Assembly: GCA_017853835.1 (NCBI GenBank)
Contig: JAFMIU010000005.1
Coordinates: 33,072-97,071 of the forward strand
Length of the DNA stretch: 64,000 nt
Direction of reading: 5' to 3'
Origin: Pirellulales bacterium
Lineage (GTDB): Bacteria; Planctomycetota; Planctomycetia; Pirellulales; UBA1268
Under the pieces are notes generated by a model, which saw nothing but the letters and a program-made list of their open reading frames with translations, did no database searches and was not told the DNA's origin. The position numbers and the translations under genes are program-made. Positions 59,244 through 64,000 of the stretch are shown here, in pieces. Position 1 is the first letter of the stretch; every line of letters begins with the position of its first letter.

Positions 59244-61787
59244 TCAGGCCGTCGGTGCATCGCCCTCGGCAGGCGTCGCAGCCACGGGCTCGGCCGTCAC
59301 GATGCCCTTGAACGAGAGCTGCTTCTTCCCGGCAACCTCGATGCAGTCGACCTGGATCGTGTCCTTGCCCTCGAACTCACCCTTGAGAAGCTCCTCGCTG
59401 ACGGGGTCCTCGATGAAGTTCTCGAGGGCGCGGCGCAGCGGTCGGGCGCCGAAGTCGGTGTCGGAGCCCTTGCGGATGAGGAACTTCTTGGCCTCGTCGG
59501 TGAGTTCCAGCTTGAGCCCACGCTCACTCAGCCGTTCACGAACCTTCGAGAGTTCGATGTCGATGACCTTCTTGAGGTCATCGACGGTGAGGTGATGGAA
59601 CACGATGACATCGTCGAGACGATTGAGGAACTCAGGCCGGAAGACCTTCTCGATCCGCTCGTTGACGCGGCCCTTCATGCCCTCGTAGCTGGCATCGTCG
59701 TCGGGCTTCTGGAAGCCAAATGCCGACTCATTCTTGATCGCCTCGGCTCCCGCGTTGGTGGTCATGATGATGATGGTGTTGCGGAAGTCGACGTTGCGGC
59801 CGAACGAGTCGGTGAGGCGTCCTTCCTCCATCACCTGGAGAAGCATGTTGAACACGTCGGGATGCGCCTTTTCGATCTCGTCGAGCAGGACGACGGCGTA
59901 GGGGCGACGACGGATTTTCTCCGTGAGCTGCCCCCCCTCCTCGAAGCCGACATAGCCCGGCGGCGCGCCGATGAGGCGGCTGACGTTGTGCTTCTCCATG
60001 TATTCGCTCATGTCGATCTGAATGAGCGCATCGGCGTCGCCGAACATGAACTCGGCCAACGCCTTCGCGAGCAGCGTCTTGCCGACGCCGGTCGGCCCGG
60101 CGAACACAAACGAGCCGATCGGCCGCTTGGGGTCCTTGAGGCCAGAACGGCTGCGACGCACCGCCTTCGAGACGCTCTTGATGGCGGCATCCTGGCCGAT
60201 CACCTTGCGATGGAGTTCGTTCTCCATGCCCATGAGCCGCTGCTGGTCTTCGGACGACATGCGGGTGAGTGGAATGCCTGTCATCTTCGAGACGACTTCC
60301 GCCACCACCTCATCGTCGACCACGCCATCGGCCTCGCGGCTCTTGTCGCGCCAGTCGCGGGTCATCGACTGCTTCTTCTTCTTGAGCTTGTCGGCCTGGT
60401 CGCGGAGGGCGGCCGCCTTCTCGAAATCCTGGTTGGCGACCGCTTCTTCCTTTTCCTTGTTGAGCCGATCGACTTCCTCGTCGATCTCCTTGAGGTCTGG
60501 CGGCTTGGTCATGGCCTTGAGCCGTACGCGGGCCCCCGCTTCGTCGATCACATCGATCGCCTTGTCGGGGAGGCAGCGGCCCGTGATGTAGCGGCTGGAG
60601 AGGTCGACGGCGGCCTCGAGGGCGGCATCGGAGATGCTCACGCGATGGTGGCTCTCGTAGCGGTCACGGAGGCCCTTGAGAATCTCCACGGCCTCATCCT
60701 TCGTCGCCGGCTCGATCATGATGATCTGGAAGCGACGGTCGAGGGCCGAGTCTTTCTCGATGTACTTTCGATACTCATCGAGCGTGGTGGCGCCGATGCA
60801 CTGAATTTCTCCGCGGGCGAGTGCCGGCTTGAGCACATTGGAGGCATCGATCGCCCCTTCGGCGCCACCGGCTCCCACGAGGGTGTGAAGTTCGTCGATG
60901 AACAGGATCGTGTTTTTGGCGCGACGCACCTCGTTCATCACGGCCTTGATGCGTTCCTCGAACTGCCCGCGGTATTTCGTGCCGGCAACCATCATCGCGA
61001 GGTCGAGCACCACGATCCGGCGGTCCGCCAGCAGCTCGGGAACATTGCCGTCAACGACCCGCTGGGCAAACCCTTCCACGATCGCCGTCTTCCCGACACC
61101 CGCTTCACCGAGCAGCACCGGGTTGTTCTTGGTGCGGCGGCAGAGAATCTGAATCGCCCGTTCGATTTCCTTCTCGCGGCCGATGACCGGGTCGAGTTTG
61201 CCCTGGCGGGCGAGCTCGGTGAGATCGCGTCCGAAGCTGTCGAGGGCTGGGGTCTTGCTCTTGCCCCCCTTCGGAGTCGGCTCGCCACCGCCGCCACCAC
61301 CAGCCGGCTGGCGGCCTCCCATCCCGGCTCGTTCGCCCCCTTCCTCCATGCCATGCCCGAGGAGGTTGAGCACCTCTTCGCGGACATCCTCGAGCTTGAG
61401 GCCAAGGTTCATGAGCACCTGGGCGGCGACCCCTTCCTGCTCTCGCAGGAGTCCCAGGAGGATGTGTTCGGTGCCGACGTAGTTGTGGTTGAGGTTGCGG
61501 GCCTCCTCCATCGAATACTCGATGACCTTCTTGGCCCTCGGGGTCTGCGGCAGCTTCCCCATGGTGACCATGTCGGGGCCGCTCTGGACGAGCTTCTCGA
61601 CTTCCATGCGAATTTTTCGCAGGTCGATGTCGAGGTTTTTCAGGACGTTGGCTGCGACGCCGCTCCCTTCCTTGATCAGGCCGAGGAGAACGTGTTCCGT
61701 GCCGATGTACTCGTGGTTGAACCGCTGGGCCTCTTGATTGGCCAGCTGCATCACCTTGCGGGCACGATCCGTGAAACGCTCGTACAT
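59244..61787 (-). CDS. clpC: ATP-dependent Clp protease ATP-binding subunit ClpC
   Basis: MYERFTDRARKV Clp-N repeats, GEAGVGKT, UVR linker (QDFEKAAALRD), GPTGVGKT, FGARPLRR. Confidence 0.97.
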   Translation of the reverse strand: MYERFTDRARKVMQLANQEAQRFNHEYIGTEHVLLGLIKEGSGVAANVLKNLDIDLRKIRMEVEKLVQSGPDMVTMGKLPQTPRAKKVIEYSMEEARNLNHNYVGTEHILLGLLREQEGVAAQVLMNLGLKLEDVREEVLNLLGHGMEEGGERAGMGGRQPAGGGGGGEPTPKGGKSKTPALDSFGRDLTELARQGKLDPVIGREKEIERAIQILCRRTKNNPVLLGEAGVGKTAIVEGFAQRVVDGNVPELLADRRIVVLDLAMMVAGTKYRGQFEERIKAVMNEVRRAKNTILFIDELHTLVGAGGAEGAIDASNVLKPALARGEIQCIGATTLDEYRKYIEKDSALDRRFQIIMIEPATKDEAVEILKGLRDRYESHHRVSISDAALEAAVDLSSRYITGRCLPDKAIDVIDEAGARVRLKAMTKPPDLKEIDEEVDRLNKEKEEAVANQDFEKAAALRDQADKLKKKKQSMTRDWRDKSREADGVVDDEVVAEVVSKMTGIPLTRMSSEDQQRLMGMENELHRKVIGQDAAIKSVSKAVRRSRSGLKDPKRPIGSFVFAGPTGVGKTLLAKALAEFMFGDADALIQIDMSEYMEKHNVSRLIGAPPGYVGFEEGGQLTEKIRRRPYAVVLLDEIEKAHPDVFNMLLQVMEEGRLTDSFGRNVDFRNTIIIMTTNAGAEAIKNESAFGFQKPDDDASYEGMKGRVNERIEKVFRPEFLNRLDDVIVFHHLTVDDLKKVIDIELSKVRERLSERGLKLELTDEAKKFLIRKGSDTDFGARPLRRALENFIEDPVSEELLKGEFEGKDTIQVDCIEVAGKKQLSFKGIVTAEPVAATPAEGDAPTA

Positions 61788-61979
61788 GGGAAAATCCTAT
61801 GGTGCTGCGGTCCGAGGGACGGTGCCGATCGCGAAGCGTGCCAAATCGGCAGTCGCCGCCCCTGTAGAGCATGGCGATGCAAACCTTACGCCAAACCCAT
61901 CACAGGATTCTAGGACGATCGATCAGGAAAATCTGTCCGGTGACGTCCGGCCGCGGGGAAACGGCTTTTTTTAACCGAT

Positions 61980-62564
61980 TCAGGCCGCGGATCGGCGGGA
62001 CGCGGCGTCGGGAGAACCCCCGTGGGCCTGAACGATGACGGGATCCTCATCATGGGACATCCGGTCCAGTTCCTGGGCGATCGCCCGTCGCCAGATCGCC
62101 CCTGAGTCGCTGCGGGCCAGTTTGTCGAAGGCGCGTCGGGCGTCCTCGTCACGTCCGGTGCGTCGCAGCAGGGTGCCGTAGAGCAGCTGGGCCTCGCCAT
62201 CGGTCGGAGCGAGATCGAGAAGCGTTGTGAGGATCGATTCCGCCTGCAGCCAATCACGGGCGAGATAGGCCGCTCGGGCCTTGGTAAAGAGCGTGTCGGC
62301 TTCACGGACACGACCAACCGGCACCGGCGGTGGAAAAGCCGCCGTCGCCGACACGACGGCGATCAACCAGATCGCCATGACGGCTGTCCACAGACCAATC
62401 ACGAGCGGGAGTTCGACGAGCCGAGGCCAGATCCAGGTGGTGACGATCGCCACGTCCACCGACACGGCGAAGGCCAGGGCCAGCACGAGGCCCGACAGAC
62501 TTCCCCGGAGCCAGAGCCAAGGAAGGCCGGGCCAGGCGAGCGTCAGGTAGCGAAAAACACCCAT
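61980..62564 (-). CDS. Membrane protein with C-terminal TPR
   Basis: WPGLPWLWLRG, TM helices, YLARDWLQAE...DGEAQLLYGTLLRRTGR. Confidence 0.75.
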   Translation of the reverse strand: MGVFRYLTLAWPGLPWLWLRGSLSGLVLALAFAVSVDVAIVTTWIWPRLVELPLVIGLWTAVMAIWLIAVVSATAAFPPPVPVGRVREADTLFTKARAAYLARDWLQAESILTTLLDLAPTDGEAQLLYGTLLRRTGRDEDARRAFDKLARSDSGAIWRRAIAQELDRMSHDEDPVIVQAHGGSPDAASRRSAA

Positions 62565-62655
62565 GGGGCGATCCGGGCGGCTGGGGGGGCGGGAGTGTAC
62601 GGACGGGGCGGCGGTTCTCCAAGGCGAACGCCGGCGCGGTACAACGGTTGGTCCT

Positions 62656-63774
62656 ATGACACGAGATGATTCGGGCGAAGCGGGAGGACGGCGGGAGATC
62701 GCGGGCATCTGGAGGGCCCTCGATGCGTCCGCGAACCGGGCGGCGGAGGCTCTCCGGGTGCTGGAGGACATGCTTCGCTTCGGGCTCGACGACGCCCATC
62801 TCTCCTGGATTGCCAAGAATCTCAGGCACGACCTCGCCACCGCGCTGGCGCGCCATGGGCTCGCGCAGCGGATTGCCGCCCGGGATGTGCCCGGGGATGT
62901 GGGGGCGGGCGTGGCCGCTTCGGCAGGACTCTCCCGCCATGGTGTGGGCGATGTCCTTGCTGCCAATGCGGCGAGGGCGGCACAGGCCCTCCGGAGTCTC
63001 GAGGAGTCGTCGGCCGTCGTTGCCCCCGCCGCGTCGACGGTGTTTGAATCGATTCGCTACCGGCTCTACGCGCTCGAGCGATCCGCTGCGACGGCTGGGG
63101 CGAGTGCCGCACGGCTCGAACACATCTCCCTGTGCGTGCTCGTGGATGGCGGTGCCGATGGGCCATCTTTCACGACGCTCATGGAATCGCTCGTCGACGC
63201 GGGAGTGCGGATGGTGCAGCTGCGGGACAAGTCGCTGCCCGTGCCGGTGCTCGTGGAACGAGTTCGAACGGCCTTGACGATCGCCCGGCGGCACGAGGGC
63301 GAGGCTCGGCCCATCGTGCTCGTCAACGATCGGGTGGACGTGGCCGCGGCCCTGTCGGCCGATGGAGTCCATGTCGGTGCCGATGACATGCCGGTGCCGC
63401 TGGCACGGCGTGTCGTGGGACCGGGTGTGCTGGTGGGTCGAACGGCACACCGCCTCGCCGAGGCGCGGGCGGCGGTGCTTGACGGCGCCGACTACCTCGG
63501 TGTCGGCCCGTGCTTTCCCTCGTCAACGAAGGCGTTTGCAACGCATGCGCCGCCGGAGTTCATCCAAACCGTCTGCGGCGAAACGACACTGCCGACCTTT
63601 GCGATCGGCGGGATCACCGTGGATCGAATCGGCGAACTGGCGGCGTTGGGGGTGCGACGGGTGGCGGTGGCGTCGGCCGTGACCCGCGCCGCCGATCCAG
63701 GCCGCGCCGCGCGTCAGCTCATCGACACGATCGACCGTCTCATGGTGTCTCGGGCGACGGCGTCCCATCCGTGA
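62656..63774 (+). CDS. thiE: Thiamine-phosphate synthase, long form with N-terminal ThiD2-like domain
   Basis: RALDASANRAAEALRVLED N-terminal domain; VQLRDK, VNDRVDVA, GVHVG.DD, DYLGVGP.F.S.TK, AIGGIT. Confidence 0.92.
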   Translation: MTRDDSGEAGGRREIAGIWRALDASANRAAEALRVLEDMLRFGLDDAHLSWIAKNLRHDLATALARHGLAQRIAARDVPGDVGAGVAASAGLSRHGVGDVLAANAARAAQALRSLEESSAVVAPAASTVFESIRYRLYALERSAATAGASAARLEHISLCVLVDGGADGPSFTTLMESLVDAGVRMVQLRDKSLPVPVLVERVRTALTIARRHEGEARPIVLVNDRVDVAAALSADGVHVGADDMPVPLARRVVGPGVLVGRTAHRLAEARAAVLDGADYLGVGPCFPSSTKAFATHAPPEFIQTVCGETTLPTFAIGGITVDRIGELAALGVRRVAVASAVTRAADPGRAARQLIDTIDRLMVSRATASHP

Positions 63775-64000
63775 CCCGGCCTGCCGACTCTTTGAGCAGG
63801 GCGAGGATCGCCGCGGCCATGTCGGCTTCGTCGCTCGATCGGTACCCGGTCCAGACGCGTCGCACTCGTGCATCGGGCCCGATGAGGTAGGTGGTGGGAA
63901 ATGCCTCGAGCGCATAGGCCTCGGTGAAGATCACCGTGCCAACGGCATCCCCGAACCCCCAGGCCTCGAGGGGCATCTGTCGGCTGGCGAGATACTCCCG
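63740..64000 (-). CDS. TlpA/thioredoxin-like protein, C-terminal part (starts beyond window)
   Basis: YALEAFPTTYLIGPDARVRRVWTGY is a typical TlpA C-terminal cis-Pro/strand motif. Confidence 0.7.
   Translation of the reverse strand, partial: REYLASRQMPLEAWGFGDAVGTVIFTEAYALEAFPTTYLIGPDARVRRVWTGYRSSDEADMAAAILALLKESAGRVTDGTPSPETP

Noticed and set aside
59592-61913. 773-aa plus-strand ORF (likewise 24624-26852, 14741-16399, 43626-45308)
   Set aside because: Antisense shadows of clpC, dinG, the isomerase and addBA.

Overview
GC-rich bacterial chromosome segment, most consistent with a Planctomycetota (Pirellulales-like) genome. This is inferred from a YTV-repeat protein, small Cys-rich secreted proteins, a TIGR03790-like protein and a bacterial Top6B. 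About 47 CDSs are supportable, mostly housekeeping: metG, epmA, pilT, hisF, thiG/thiS/thiE, lipA/lipB-like, argH, a DinG helicase, glgA, RNA methyltransferases, mlaEFD and clpC. I saw no rRNA, tRNA, CRISPR array or transposase. The strongest candidate for an undescribed system is at 48254-55218. There, a complete cyanophycin synthetase (CphA1-type) is fused in frame to a C-terminal SET/post-SET methyltransferase domain. It sits downstream of a sigma54-type promoter and a ~560-nt leader, and is divergent from an ABC exporter and a DUF1854 gene, which may point to a modified and possibly exported cyanophycin. Second is a 2247-aa single-chain AddB-AddA helicase-nuclease fusion, translationally coupled to a DUF2130 nuclease-like gene, with a palindrome over its start codon. 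Also notable: an orphan Top6B with a duplicated H2TH domain, a 162-bp CTAG-bounded MITE at the glgA stop codon, an internal Shine-Dalgarno/ATG in metG, and apparent pseudo-enzymes (PilB-like, LipB-like). All family assignments come from motif recognition by eye; no database searches were run.
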